The notes: generated by a model from the letters alone, not told the origin. 64,000 nt of DNA from an uncultured Chloroflexales bacterium (GCA_937918935.1 CAKZSI010000050.1:2736-66735), one strand, 5' to 3'. Positions 20,972 through 30,198 are shown, numbered from the stretch's first letter. Numbers and translations are program-made.

Positions 20972-20999
20972 CCAGCCGGTTATGTTCACGGTAAAAGAC

Positions 21000-22139
21000 T
21001 TACCCCAGCACTTCCACGCAGGTGCGGGGGAGCCAGAGATCGCTGTCGTCCTCGAGGAGCACGTGCACGGCGGGCAACCCGACGCCCGAGGCCAGACCAC
21101 GCGGCGTGGCCGACAGCGCGCGGATGGTTCCCATTCGCCCCAGATGGGCGTCGTCGAGCAGGCGCACCGTGGCCCCGGGGCGCAGGGCGAGACGCGGGAG
21201 TTCGGCCGGCGTGCCACGTGAGAGCGGCACGATCACCCGTGGGCGACGGAATGGTGCGCGGAGACTGGTTCGTCCTTCGATCAGGGCCTCCTGGCGATCC
21301 AGCGAACTGAGCAGGCCGAAGATAGCCTCGTTCATTGGCCGGAAGCCAAAGCCCTCGGTAAGTACGAGGGTCAATTTGAGATCGGCGGTGACGCGCGCGT
21401 CGGGCAGCGACCATGCGGGGAGGGCTTCGGTCCAGTGCTCTGTGCCCGCCCATTCGAGGAACTGGCGCAGTTCGTGTTCTTCGATCCCGCCCACGATCAC
21501 GCCGCGAACCTGCTCGAGCACGGCCCGTCGCAGGGCGGCTGCGCTGATGGCGGCTCCGCCAATGATAATGGCGTAGGCGCTGCGGGTATCGATCTGCTCG
21601 GGTTGCACGCTATCTGACGGGTCTGTCACCAGGAGCCGGAGCACGCCGGTCTGGTCGGCACCGAGGCCAAATACCCCGTAGACCTGCGCAGCGAGGGTTT
21701 CGATGACCAGGCCGCGGTTCGGGAAGATCTCGGTGACTACGCCGCGCACCCCTGCCGAGAGTTCCTGTTCCACCGGATCGGGGACGATGGTCACGTAGCC
21801 GGTCTCGGTGTCAATGTCAGTTATTTCACCGCTCACCGGTGCGACACAACGGCGCCCGAACAGGCTCCCCGAGCGGGCCAGCACCTCGCCCGCGCCGATC
21901 TTAACGCCCTTTTCGCGGCGCATGGCGCGGTACACATCAGCGGGGGGGATGTTCAGCGCCCGCGCCACGTTGATGATGTGCGGCGGAGCGGGCATAAGCG
22001 TAGTCGCCACAACGTCTTCCGGCTCAACCCGCCGCCCCGGGTTGAACAGCACCTCGCCCGGGTAGGGCAACAGGCGTTCGATGCGGGCCAGGCCCGCCGA
22101 AATCAGCGGAGGGACGCCTTCAGGGTTGTAGACGGTCAT
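21000..22139 (-). CDS. Hypothetical protein (possible lipoyl-like barrel-sandwich N-domain and KOW/SH3-like C-terminus)
   Basis: The coding-looking part begins at MTVYNPEG (ATG at 22139). The upstream 203 codons of the tracked ORF are Arg/Gly/His-rich and overlap the divergent gene. Confidence 0.55.
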   Translation of the reverse strand: MTVYNPEGVPPLISAGLARIERLLPYPGEVLFNPGRRVEPEDVVATTLMPAPPHIINVARALNIPPADVYRAMRREKGVKIGAGEVLARSGSLFGRRCVAPVSGEITDIDTETGYVTIVPDPVEQELSAGVRGVVTEIFPNRGLVIETLAAQVYGVFGLGADQTGVLRLLVTDPSDSVQPEQIDTRSAYAIIIGGAAISAAALRRAVLEQVRGVIVGGIEEHELRQFLEWAGTEHWTEALPAWSLPDARVTADLKLTLVLTEGFGFRPMNEAIFGLLSSLDRQEALIEGRTSLRAPFRRPRVIVPLSRGTPAELPRLALRPGATVRLLDDAHLGRMGTIRALSATPRGLASGVGLPAVHVLLEDDSDLWLPRTCVEVLG

Positions 22140-22352
22140 GCTGCCTCGCGGTGGTGCTCCGGTTTGCTTCGTGATGGAGATTATAGCACAGGCGTGGCGC
22201 TCGGACCGGAAACATCCTCTGCGCACAGGGTGGCGCAACGTTCGCCCCCGGCGGCGGGTTCGTGGCTTGCCCCAATGCCTTCGCAGCGGTTCTGGCAACA
22301 CGCAAGCTGTTATAATGGACCGAACGGCGTTCCGCTTCGCCGCAACACGGGT

Positions 22353-23108
22353 ATGAAACAAGTATGTTCCTGGAGGCGCCTGCTCGCCCTGCTGGCCCTG
22401 GCGGCGCTGCTGAATGCCTGCGTGATGCCGGCGGCTGCGCCCGAGACCCCTGAGCAGCCGCGGTTCTCGCGGGCGGTTGATTTGAGTCACGTGGTGCGGG
22501 AAGATGTGCCGTTGCCAGACGGCGAGCCCCGGCCACGCCTGGCGCGCGCGCCGGACGGCGACGTGACGCGGATCGAGCTGGGCAGCAATACCGGTTCGCT
22601 GCTCCGGGTGGTTCCCGGGCCGGGCGCCGAACTCACCAGCGTCGAGCACCTCTCGCCACGCGACCTGGTGCTCCCGGCGGTGGTGATTGACGCCCGCGAT
22701 CGCGCCCAGGACGCGCCGGCCTTCGCCCTCAGCGCCGGTGATCTGCACGCCTGGGAGCGTCGCTATGGCCGTATTCCGCCGGGGACGCTGGTGTTGCTGG
22801 CCACCGGCTGGGACGTGCGCTGGGGCGATCCGCGGGCCTATCTGGGTGTGGATGGCGGGTCTCCCGCCTCCGTGCCTGGTTTTGGGGCCGATGCGGCGGA
22901 CCTGCTGCTCAACCAGCGCGGCGTGGCCGGCCTGGGGGTGGATGCCCCGGGACGGATCTACGTGCCGGCGCGGGGTTTCGCGCTGTTTCTGGAGAACCTG
23001 ACCAGCCTTGAGCAGGCGCCACCCACCGGCGCCACAGTGGTGATCGGCGTCCTGAAGTTGCAGGGGGCCTCAAGCGCGCCGGCGCGGGTGCTGGCGCTGG
23101 TGCCGTAA
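22353..23108 (+). CDS. Cyclase-family (kynurenine-formamidase-like fold) lipoprotein, apparently lacking the metal-binding His motif
   Basis: Lipobox LLNAC after MKQVCSWRRLLALLALAA. DLSH..., VVIDAR, GTLVLLATGW and GLGVDAP follow the family layout. Confidence 0.6.
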   Translation: MKQVCSWRRLLALLALAALLNACVMPAAAPETPEQPRFSRAVDLSHVVREDVPLPDGEPRPRLARAPDGDVTRIELGSNTGSLLRVVPGPGAELTSVEHLSPRDLVLPAVVIDARDRAQDAPAFALSAGDLHAWERRYGRIPPGTLVLLATGWDVRWGDPRAYLGVDGGSPASVPGFGADAADLLLNQRGVAGLGVDAPGRIYVPARGFALFLENLTSLEQAPPTGATVVIGVLKLQGASSAPARVLALVP

Positions 23109-23136
23109 AGTGCCAGTGACGAGAGGGGACCGAAGC

Positions 23137-23688
23137 ATGCCCGAGGCTCACCATCTGCCCTCCGGCGGGGAACGCCATCCCGAGCGGGCCGCCGGGCTGC
23201 CGGAACTGCTCTACCGGGCGCGGCAATTCCGGGCGGCCCTGGAGGCACAGGTCGGACCCGATGAACTGGTCGCGGCGCAGGCGCTGCTGACGCCCGCAGA
23301 ATGGCGGCTCTTCAGTATGATGCCACGCTACGATCAGCGCCACTGTCTGGATGTGTACGCCACGCTGGTGGCCGCGGGCCATGCCGATCCGTTGCTGCTG
23401 CGCGCCGCCCTGGTGCATGATTGCGGCAAGGTGGGCGATGATGGCCGCCCGATGTCTCTGGGCTGGTACGTGCTGGCGACCGTCCTCAAGCGCGTACCCG
23501 GGCTGTACCTGCTCGCCGCTCGCATCCTGCCTCCTGTCGCCGTCTACGCCGAACACGCCTGGCGCGGCGCGCGTATGGCCGCCGCCGCCGGCAGCCCGCC
23601 GGAGATGGTTGAGGCCCTGCGCCACTACCACGACCCGGCGCCCACCGGGCGCGCCGCGCTGCTGCAATGGGCCGATGAGCAGCATTGA
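23137..23688 (+). CDS. HD-domain phosphohydrolase family protein
   Basis: HCLDVY...ALVHDCGK (H...HD). The ATG at 23137 is preceded by GAGAGGGG. An alternative GTG lies at 23110. Confidence 0.7.
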   Translation: MPEAHHLPSGGERHPERAAGLPELLYRARQFRAALEAQVGPDELVAAQALLTPAEWRLFSMMPRYDQRHCLDVYATLVAAGHADPLLLRAALVHDCGKVGDDGRPMSLGWYVLATVLKRVPGLYLLAARILPPVAVYAEHAWRGARMAAAAGSPPEMVEALRHYHDPAPTGRAALLQWADEQH

Positions 23689-23723
23689 GGGGTGGGGAAA
23701 CCAGGTTTCCCCATGCCCCTGCC
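23687..23723. repeat. REP-like palindrome copy
   Basis: GAGGGGTGGGGAAACCAGGTTTCCCCATGCCCCTGCC. Confidence 0.9.
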
Positions 23724-23740
23724 TACCTCCCAACGAATGA

Positions 23741-24502
23741 ATGTACGCAATACGCTTACCAGGCTTTAACGGCCCCCTCGACCTCCTGCTGCGCCTGATC
23801 GAGCGCGCTGAGTTTGACATAACATCAATTTCTCTGGCGCAGGTGGCCGATCAGTACCTGGCACACGTGCGGGCGCTGGAGGCGCCGGAGCCTGGCGCAC
23901 TGGCCGAGTTTGTGAGCCTGGCGGCCCGTCTCCTGCTGATCAAATCCCGGGCGTTGCTGCCGCGCCCCGCCGTCGAGGAGCGGCCCGCGCCGTTCCAGGA
24001 TGCGGATGCCGAGGCCCTGGCGCGCCAACTACGCGAGTACCGGCGCTACAAACAGGCGGCCGCCCTGCTGCGCGCCTGGCACGAGGAAGAGCGGCGCACC
24101 TTTCTGCGCCTCGCCCCCGCCCCGCCGGAACTGGATCTGACCCCGCCGCCGGTGCGGCACACGGTGGCCGAGCTGGTCGCCGCGCTTCAGCGCCGCCTGC
24201 AACTGGCTCTGCCACTGGACGAAGCCGAGGTCATCGCCCTCGGCCCGCGTCTGACCGTGGCCCAGGTGGTTGCCGAGATCCTGCGGCGCCTGGAGCGGGC
24301 GGCCTGGTTCAGCTTCGATGACCTGCTGGCGCCGGACACGCGGCGAGAGGAGGTGATCGTCACCTTCTGGGCGGTGCTCGAGTTACTGAAACGGCGCATT
24401 ATCACCGTGGAACAACCCGACCTCTTCGGGATCATCAGCATTGGCCGCGGCGAGGCCGCGCTGGCTCCCATCGAGGCAACGTTCGAGGACCATGAGCTAT
24501 GA
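23741..24502 (+). CDS. scpA: Segregation and condensation protein A
   Basis: LPGFNGPLDLLLRLIERAEFDITSISLAQVADQYLAHV is the kleisin ScpA N-terminal signature. Confidence 0.85.
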   Translation: MYAIRLPGFNGPLDLLLRLIERAEFDITSISLAQVADQYLAHVRALEAPEPGALAEFVSLAARLLLIKSRALLPRPAVEERPAPFQDADAEALARQLREYRRYKQAAALLRAWHEEERRTFLRLAPAPPELDLTPPPVRHTVAELVAALQRRLQLALPLDEAEVIALGPRLTVAQVVAEILRRLERAAWFSFDDLLAPDTRREEVIVTFWAVLELLKRRIITVEQPDLFGIISIGRGEAALAPIEATFEDHEL

Positions 24503-26673
24503 GTGAGCCGCTTCCGGGCAGCAAGCCCTATTGGGAGGGGGCGCTGGCGCTGCCCCTGGGCGATCTGCTGGCCCTGGGCGCCCAGATCCGCGCCCACGAC
24601 GCCCCCGAAGCCCTGCTGCGGGAAGTCGCCGAGACATTGCGCCGCCTGGTCGCCAGCCCGCGGGTGTACGTGCGCCTGCGGAACATTGATACCGACGCCC
24701 TGGAAGCGGTGGCCTTCGCCGGCGTCGCGCCCCCGATCGAGGCGCGGTTGCGCGCCGAGGCCGTGCCGCCGGGGGCCTACCAGGCCCTGTTGCGGGCCGA
24801 ATGGCGGGTGAGCGACTCGTTTTTGGCGCCTGCGGGCGAATTGCTGCCGCTGCCGGCTGATGCTGCGGCCGTGGGGGAGGTCGCCGCGCTCCTGGCGCCG
24901 TTGCGGGGGCGTGGCGAGCGCCTGATCGGCGTGATCTATCTGGCGCTCCCCTATGACAAACTGGCGCGCGATCCAACCCTCGTGCTGGTGATCGAGGCCA
25001 TTGCGCGCCAGGCGGCCATGGCCGTCGAAAACGTGCGCCTCGCCGAGCGCAGCGCCCGCCTGCTCGCCAAGGAGCAACTCCTGGCCGCCCTCGGGCGCGA
25101 TGTCAGCGCGACGCTCGATCTGCGGGCCATGCTTGATCGGACCATCGAGCGCGTGGCGGCGGCCTTCGGCGGCGGTTCGCTGGCCCTGCTCGATGGCGCC
25201 GATACGCTGCTCATCGTCGCGGCAGCGCCCGGCGAGGAGCGCCTCCTTGGTGCTCGGTTCAGTCTCGGCGAGGGGATGATCGGCTGGGTGGCCCGCTACG
25301 ATCGGGCTTTCTTTGCCAACCAGTTCGATGAACATACCCGCTTCCCTCCGCCCGACCCCGCCGCCCGCGCCGCGATTGTTGTGCCACTCCGCAGCGGCGG
25401 CCAGGTGATCGGTACGCTCAACGTCGGAGCGCAACGCCCCGGGGCCTTTACCTACGAGGACGTGGATCTCCTCGAGGCCATTGCCGCCCAGGTCGGCGGC
25501 CCGATCACCTCGGCGCGCCTCTACACCGAGGCGCAGGATCTGGCCGCCCAGGTGCAGCGCCGCGCCGAACAGCTCGCTGTGCTCAACGCCATCGCCCGCA
25601 GCGCCTCGGCCTCGCTCGATCAGGCGGTAAGCCTCCCTGAGGTTGCCGCCGAGATCCGCCGCGGGTTCGACTACGAGCAGGTAGACCTGTTTCTGGTCGA
25701 TGAAGAGACCGGCGATCTGACCCTCGCCGCCTCCGATGGCTGGGTGGCGTTGCCGCGGGCCGGCTACCGCCAGCATCGCAGCCTGGGGCTGATCGGGCGC
25801 ACCGCCCGCAGTGGCCAGATGTTGCTGGTAAACGACGTTACCGCCGATCCCGACTACCTGCCCCTCGCCGAGCGGGCCGACGTGCGCGCCGAACTCGCCG
25901 TGCCCATTATGGCGAGCGGACGGGTCCTCGGCGTGATCAACGCCGAGTCGCCCCGCTCAGGGGCCTTCAGCGAAGAGGATGCGCGCATCCTGACCACCGT
26001 GGCCGACGTGCTGGCCGGCGCGCTCGAAAATGCCCGCCTCTATCGCAAGGCCCAGGCCGCCGCGGTTCTGGAGGAGCGCAACCGGCTGGCCCGCGAGTTA
26101 CACGACAGCGTGACCCAGCAACTCTTCAGCATCACCCTCACCGTGCAGGCCGCCCGGATGCAACTCGAACGCGACCCGCGGCGAGTCGTCCTCCAGCTTG
26201 AGCGGTTGCAGGAGACGGCCACCGCCGCACTGGCCGAGATGCGCGCCTTGATCTACCAGCTTCGTCCGCCCGCGTTGCGCGACCAGGGGCTGGTGGTCGC
26301 GCTGCAGCAACATGCCCGGTTCCTGGCCCATCGCGAGGGGATGGTGATTACCCTCAGCGTCAGCGGCGACGAGCGCCTGGCCCGCGGTATCGAGCAGCCG
26401 ATCTACCGTATCGTGCAGGAGGCCCTGAACAACGTGGTCAAACACGCCAACGCTCGCAATGTCCAGGTGACGCTCGCCTTTACCAGCGAGCGTGTGCAGG
26501 TAGGCGTGCGTGACGATGGCCAGGGGTTCGACCCTGAGGCCCCGCCCACTGGCGACGGGCGGCACTTCGGCCTGTTGAGCATGCGCGAGCGCGCCGCCGA
26601 GATTGGCGGTACGGTGGAGGTCCGTTCCGCCCTCGGTTGCGGCGCCGAGGTGATCGTTACTGTGCCGCGGTAG
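24499..26673 (+). CDS. Multi-GAF sensor histidine kinase (HisKA_3 / NarX-type)
   Basis: ERNRLARELHDSVTQQLFSI H-box, EALNNVVKHANA, and VRDDGQGF. Its ATG overlaps the scpA stop (ATGA). Confidence 0.85.
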   Translation: MSEPLPGSKPYWEGALALPLGDLLALGAQIRAHDAPEALLREVAETLRRLVASPRVYVRLRNIDTDALEAVAFAGVAPPIEARLRAEAVPPGAYQALLRAEWRVSDSFLAPAGELLPLPADAAAVGEVAALLAPLRGRGERLIGVIYLALPYDKLARDPTLVLVIEAIARQAAMAVENVRLAERSARLLAKEQLLAALGRDVSATLDLRAMLDRTIERVAAAFGGGSLALLDGADTLLIVAAAPGEERLLGARFSLGEGMIGWVARYDRAFFANQFDEHTRFPPPDPAARAAIVVPLRSGGQVIGTLNVGAQRPGAFTYEDVDLLEAIAAQVGGPITSARLYTEAQDLAAQVQRRAEQLAVLNAIARSASASLDQAVSLPEVAAEIRRGFDYEQVDLFLVDEETGDLTLAASDGWVALPRAGYRQHRSLGLIGRTARSGQMLLVNDVTADPDYLPLAERADVRAELAVPIMASGRVLGVINAESPRSGAFSEEDARILTTVADVLAGALENARLYRKAQAAAVLEERNRLARELHDSVTQQLFSITLTVQAARMQLERDPRRVVLQLERLQETATAALAEMRALIYQLRPPALRDQGLVVALQQHARFLAHREGMVITLSVSGDERLARGIEQPIYRIVQEALNNVVKHANARNVQVTLAFTSERVQVGVRDDGQGFDPEAPPTGDGRHFGLLSMRERAAEIGGTVEVRSALGCGAEVIVTVPR

Positions 26674-26730
26674 GGCGATGGGGAGCAACGGGTTCTCCAT
26701 CGCCCTCCGAGCGGCGCGAGGCTGCCGGCG

Positions 26731-26780
26731 CCCCTCCCCGGGCAGGGGAATGTGGAACCCGGGTTTCCCCATCCCCCTGC
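26731..26780. repeat. REP-like palindrome copy
   Basis: CCCCTCCCCGGGCAGGGGAATGTGGAACCCGGGTTTCCCCATCCCCCTGC. Confidence 0.8.
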
Positions 26781-26860
26781 AACCGGCTAGATTGACGAGG
26801 TCCTGGCTCTCCCGGACTCTCCTGTGAGATAGCTCTGTTCACCTCAGGAAAGGCTGATCA

Positions 26861-27508
26861 ATGGATCCCATCACCGTGCTGCTGATCGACGACCACCGTG
26901 TGGTGCGCCAGGGGTTGCGCGATTTTCTGGAGTTGCAGGAGGACATCGAGATCGCCGGCGAGGCTTCCAGTGGTGAAGAGGGCGTGCAACTGGCGCGCGA
27001 GCTGATCCCCGACGTCGTGCTGATGGACCTGGTGATGCCCGGCATTGACGGGGTCGAAGCCACCCGCCAGATCAAGGCCGCCAGCCCCAACACGCGAGTG
27101 ATCGTGCTCACCAGCTTCGCCGACGACAACAAGGTCTTCCCGGCGATCAAGGCCGGCGCAATCTCTTACCTGCTCAAAGACGTCTCGCCGGAGGAACTGG
27201 CCCATGCCATTCGTGCCGCGCAGCGCAACGAGGCCGTGCTGCACCCCGAGGTCGCCGCCCGGCTCATGCAGGAGTTCAGCGCCCCGCGTGCCGATGAGGC
27301 CCCCGTCGAACAACTCACCCCCCGCGAGCTGGAGGTCCTGCGCCTGATTGCCCGGGGCAAGTCGAACAAGGAGATCGCCGACGCCCTGATCGTCTCGGAA
27401 AAGACGGTCAAGACGCACGTGAGCAACATTTTATCCAAGCTCCACCTGGCCGATCGCACCCAGGCGGCGATCTATGCCCTGCGAAAGCGTATCGTGGCCA
27501 TGGGGTGA
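26861..27508 (+). CDS. NarL/FixJ-family response regulator (receiver plus LuxR HTH)
   Basis: ITVLLIDDH, VVLMDLVMPGIDG, LTPRELEVLRLIARGKSNKEIADALIVSEKTVKTHVSNILSKL. Confidence 0.9.
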   Translation: MDPITVLLIDDHRVVRQGLRDFLELQEDIEIAGEASSGEEGVQLARELIPDVVLMDLVMPGIDGVEATRQIKAASPNTRVIVLTSFADDNKVFPAIKAGAISYLLKDVSPEELAHAIRAAQRNEAVLHPEVAARLMQEFSAPRADEAPVEQLTPRELEVLRLIARGKSNKEIADALIVSEKTVKTHVSNILSKLHLADRTQAAIYALRKRIVAMG

Positions 27509-27556
27509 TAACGAGCGCCTGGCGTTGGGCGGCGAAGCTGCACAATGACGGGATGA

Positions 27557-27748
27557 AAAGATGACAAGTGTCCTGGCGTATTGTTGGGTGAACTGAGGTT
27601 CACAACTACTGCGACCGAGAGCAGCCCCGGGGGTACGTACTCGATCGTCCCGAGTGGTTTGTCCAGCCCGAACTACAACATTATCTACGTGCCGGGTACG
27701 CTGACAGTCGTTGATAACCGGATCTACGTGCCGTTCGTGCGGAACTAG
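27557..27748 (+). pseudogene. 3'-terminal remnant of an MBG (YGX-type) domain surface protein gene
   Basis: A start-less frame encodes ...TATESSPGGTYSIVPSGLSSPNYNIIYVPGTLTVVDNRIYVPFVRN*. The GxY.I..SGLSS.NY.I.YV.GTLTV pattern is characteristic. A stop lies immediately upstream at 27554 and there is no ATG or GTG. Confidence 0.5.
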
Positions 27749-28326
27749 CACAGCCAGCGGCAGTCAGGAGGAATGTAGACCCTGCACAGAAGGGTCCGGG
27801 AGCGCGCGCCTCTCCCGGCCCGAAGGAGAGGAACGGTTCAGAACCTGGCCGTGCTGACCATCGTAACCGGCAGGGGGCGACTTGCCGATCGCCCCTGCCG
27901 GTTCGCTCCTTCTGCACAGACCATATGGTCCGTGAACGACGTTTTTCGCTACCGCCCCACCCGCTTCTCAACCTGCTCCCGCCAGGCTATGCATTACGTC
28001 GCATCGGGTTACGACGCTGGCGGCCGGCACTATTCGGCATACCCTGGCTGGCGGTTGATTCGTCTGTGAAGTACGTTTCCTTGTCTTTCCGCCCCCCGGC
28101 CCCCCCGCAGGTGGAGGGTTGTTCGAGCGAGAAGGGATTTTTGGCATTCCAATGCCCCAGATGGCGAACACGACGCGAGGATGTGCCGAAAAACTCTCCA
28201 CCTGAGAACCCGGCCCCCCGTTGGGGGGGAGGAGCCAGACTCCCTCACCTGGCGGGGGAGGGTCGGGGAGGGGGCGAAAAGGCAAAAAAAGTGGAGCTTG
28301 CGTGGCCTGCGCCGCGCGCGTGGACG

Positions 28327-28335
28327 TGCTATGAT
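28327..28335 (+). promoter_or_regulatory. Candidate extended -10 promoter element (TGcTATGAT)
   Basis: TGCTATGAT lies 34 nt upstream of the ATG at 28369. Confidence 0.25.
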
Positions 28336-28368
28336 GTGCGGGTAGCCTATGCAACAGGAACTGGTGTC

Positions 28369-29121
28369 ATGCCACGCATGATCCTGCTGGGAACCGGCAC
28401 CGGTCTACCCGACGTGGACCGGGGACACACGCACATGGTCTGGGATGGACCAGGCGGCCCGCTACTGGTTGACGCGGGAGGCGGCGCCTACGAGCGGCTC
28501 CTGCGCGCCGGGATCGACCCGCAGGCGCTGGCCGGCGTCATCATTACCCACAGCCACTGCGATCACATCAACGGCTTGCCGGGACTGATCTTCAGCATGC
28601 GCCTGGGCGGGCGCGAGGCGCCGCTGCCGATCTACGGGTTGGCGCCGGTGTTACAGTTGCTGGAGCGTACCCTGGAGGTGATGCAGGTCGAGTACCACGT
28701 ACCCGTAGACTGGCGCCCGCTGCAGCCCGGTGATACGCTGGCGCTGGCAGAGGGGTGGCAGGTGCGCACGGCGCCGACAACCCATAGCCGCCCCGGTCTG
28801 GCGTTGCGCTTCGAGGCCCCGGCGAGCGGTCGTGCCCTGGTCTACTCGGCCGACACCGAGCCGTGTGCGGCAGTGCAGGAACTGACCCTGGGGGCTGGTG
28901 TTCTCATCCACGAGGCCACTACGGCGGAGCCGTTTGCCGGGCATACCACGCCGCGACAGGCCGGAGCATTGGCAGCGGGGGCGGGCGTGGCGCGGCTGGT
29001 GCTGGTGCACTACAGCCCGCGCTGGACAATGCCGGAGGATGCGGCCCTGGCCGCGGTGACGGACGCGGGCTTCATCGGCAGCGCCGAAATTGGGCGCGAT
29101 GGGCAGGCAGTTGAGATTTGA
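28369..29121 (+). CDS. MBL-fold metallo-hydrolase (RNase Z / beta-lactamase superfamily)
   Basis: MPRMILLGTGTG...VIITHSHCDHINGLPG (HxHxDH). The upstream part of the tracked ORF (27925-) looks non-coding. Confidence 0.8.
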   Translation: MPRMILLGTGTGLPDVDRGHTHMVWDGPGGPLLVDAGGGAYERLLRAGIDPQALAGVIITHSHCDHINGLPGLIFSMRLGGREAPLPIYGLAPVLQLLERTLEVMQVEYHVPVDWRPLQPGDTLALAEGWQVRTAPTTHSRPGLALRFEAPASGRALVYSADTEPCAAVQELTLGAGVLIHEATTAEPFAGHTTPRQAGALAAGAGVARLVLVHYSPRWTMPEDAALAAVTDAGFIGSAEIGRDGQAVEI

Positions 29122-29186
29122 GGTGAACGCAGGCTCACACGGGGGGGGAAGGCGTAGCTTTTCCGTAACCCTCACCTCTGGCAGGG

Positions 29187-29211
29187 GCGTGGGGAAACCA
29201 GGTTTCCCCGC
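29187..29211. repeat. REP-like palindrome copy
   Basis: GCGTGGGGAAACCAGGTTTCCCCGC, with a perfect 9-bp core. Confidence 0.9.
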
Positions 29212-29436
29212 TTTCTTCTCACCGGCTGCCGATCGAGGGAAGACATCGTTTCGCTGCACTGCCTGTTGGGTAACGGGGAAACGCGGCGGGCGCAGCTCTC
29301 CGCGATGCGTTTGTTCCACCCGCGGCGGCAGACCTGTCCCGCCTTCGCCAGAGCGCCCGTCGTGGGCGGCATGCGGAGTGCGGTGAGACTACGCCTTCCC
29401 GCACCCCTCCAGACGGTAACGTAACGTGGCTGACCA

Positions 29437-30198
29437 ATGGACGAGCGAACGCTACGCACCTTACTCGAACAGATGCAACGGGGCGAGATGAGGGTGGAGG
29501 AGGCCCTGGCGGCGCTACGCCGGCTGCCCTTCGAGGATCTGGGCTTTGCCCGGCTGGATACGCACCGTGGTCTGCGGGCCGGCTTTCCTGAGGTAGTGTA
29601 CTGCGAGGGTAAACGTCCTGAACAGGCTGCCGCGATGATCGCCCGGCTGGCCGAGGGGCCGGGGCCGGTGCTGGGAACACGGGCCGTGTTCGAGGTGTAC
29701 GCACGGGTGCGCGCCGCCATGCCCGCGGCGCGCTATAGCGACGTGGCGCGCATGGTGATCGTCGAGCGCGAGCCGCTCCCGAAGCGCCCCGGTACGGTGC
29801 TGGTGATCTGCGCCGGCACCGCCGATCTGCCCGTTGCCGAGGAGGCCGCGCTGACCGCCGAAGTGATGGGCAACCACGTCGAGCGTCTGGTAGATGTAGG
29901 GGTGGCCGGGTTGCACCGGCTACTGGCCCACGTGGAGCAGGTGCAGCGCGCCACGGTGCTGGTGGTCGTTGCGGGGATGGAGGGCGCCTTGCCCAGCGTG
30001 GTGGGCGGGCTGGTGCGGCGGCCGCTGATCGCCGTGCCGACCAGTGTGGGCTATGGCGCGAGCTTCGGGGGCCTGGCCGCCCTGCTGGCGATGCTCAACA
30101 GTTGCGCCCCCGGCGTTACGGTGGTAAACATTGACAACGGCTTCGGCGCGGGGTACGCTGCGAGTATGATCAATGCGCTGGCCGCTGAGGGCCAATGA
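29437..30198 (+). CDS. larB: Nickel-pincer cofactor biosynthesis protein LarB (AIR-carboxylase-like)
   Basis: FEDLGFARLDTHRGLRAGFPEVVYCEGK and the C-terminal PurE-like VAGMEGALPSVVGG...VPTSVGYG. Confidence 0.8.
   Translation: MDERTLRTLLEQMQRGEMRVEEALAALRRLPFEDLGFARLDTHRGLRAGFPEVVYCEGKRPEQAAAMIARLAEGPGPVLGTRAVFEVYARVRAAMPAARYSDVARMVIVEREPLPKRPGTVLVICAGTADLPVAEEAALTAEVMGNHVERLVDVGVAGLHRLLAHVEQVQRATVLVVVAGMEGALPSVVGGLVRRPLIAVPTSVGYGASFGGLAALLAMLNSCAPGVTVVNIDNGFGAGYAASMINALAAEGQ

Noticed and set aside
21000-22748. Long N-terminal extensions of tracked ORFs (also 8925-10229, 10072-10611, 13241-14836, 14901-15467, 21978-23108, 27925-29121, 30173-31210, 30658-32823, 38475-39971, 39991-40896, 57080-57820, 57934-59643)
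   Set aside because: In each case the family-typical N-terminus begins at an internal ATG or GTG, often with a Shine-Dalgarno. The upstream part is Arg/Pro/Gly-rich, crosses REP elements or overlaps the neighbouring gene, so the starts were moved downstream.
24187-25776. 529-aa minus-strand ORF. The same reasoning applies to 54441-55676 (-), 50683-52044 (+), 1134-2159 (-), 19057-19893 (+), 19912-20994 (+), 41472-42449 (+) and 31690-32736 (-).
   Set aside because: All lie antisense to genes with clear catalytic motifs (histidine kinases, PBP, Ser/Thr kinase, PEPCK, hydrolase) and are compositionally biased with no recognisable domains.
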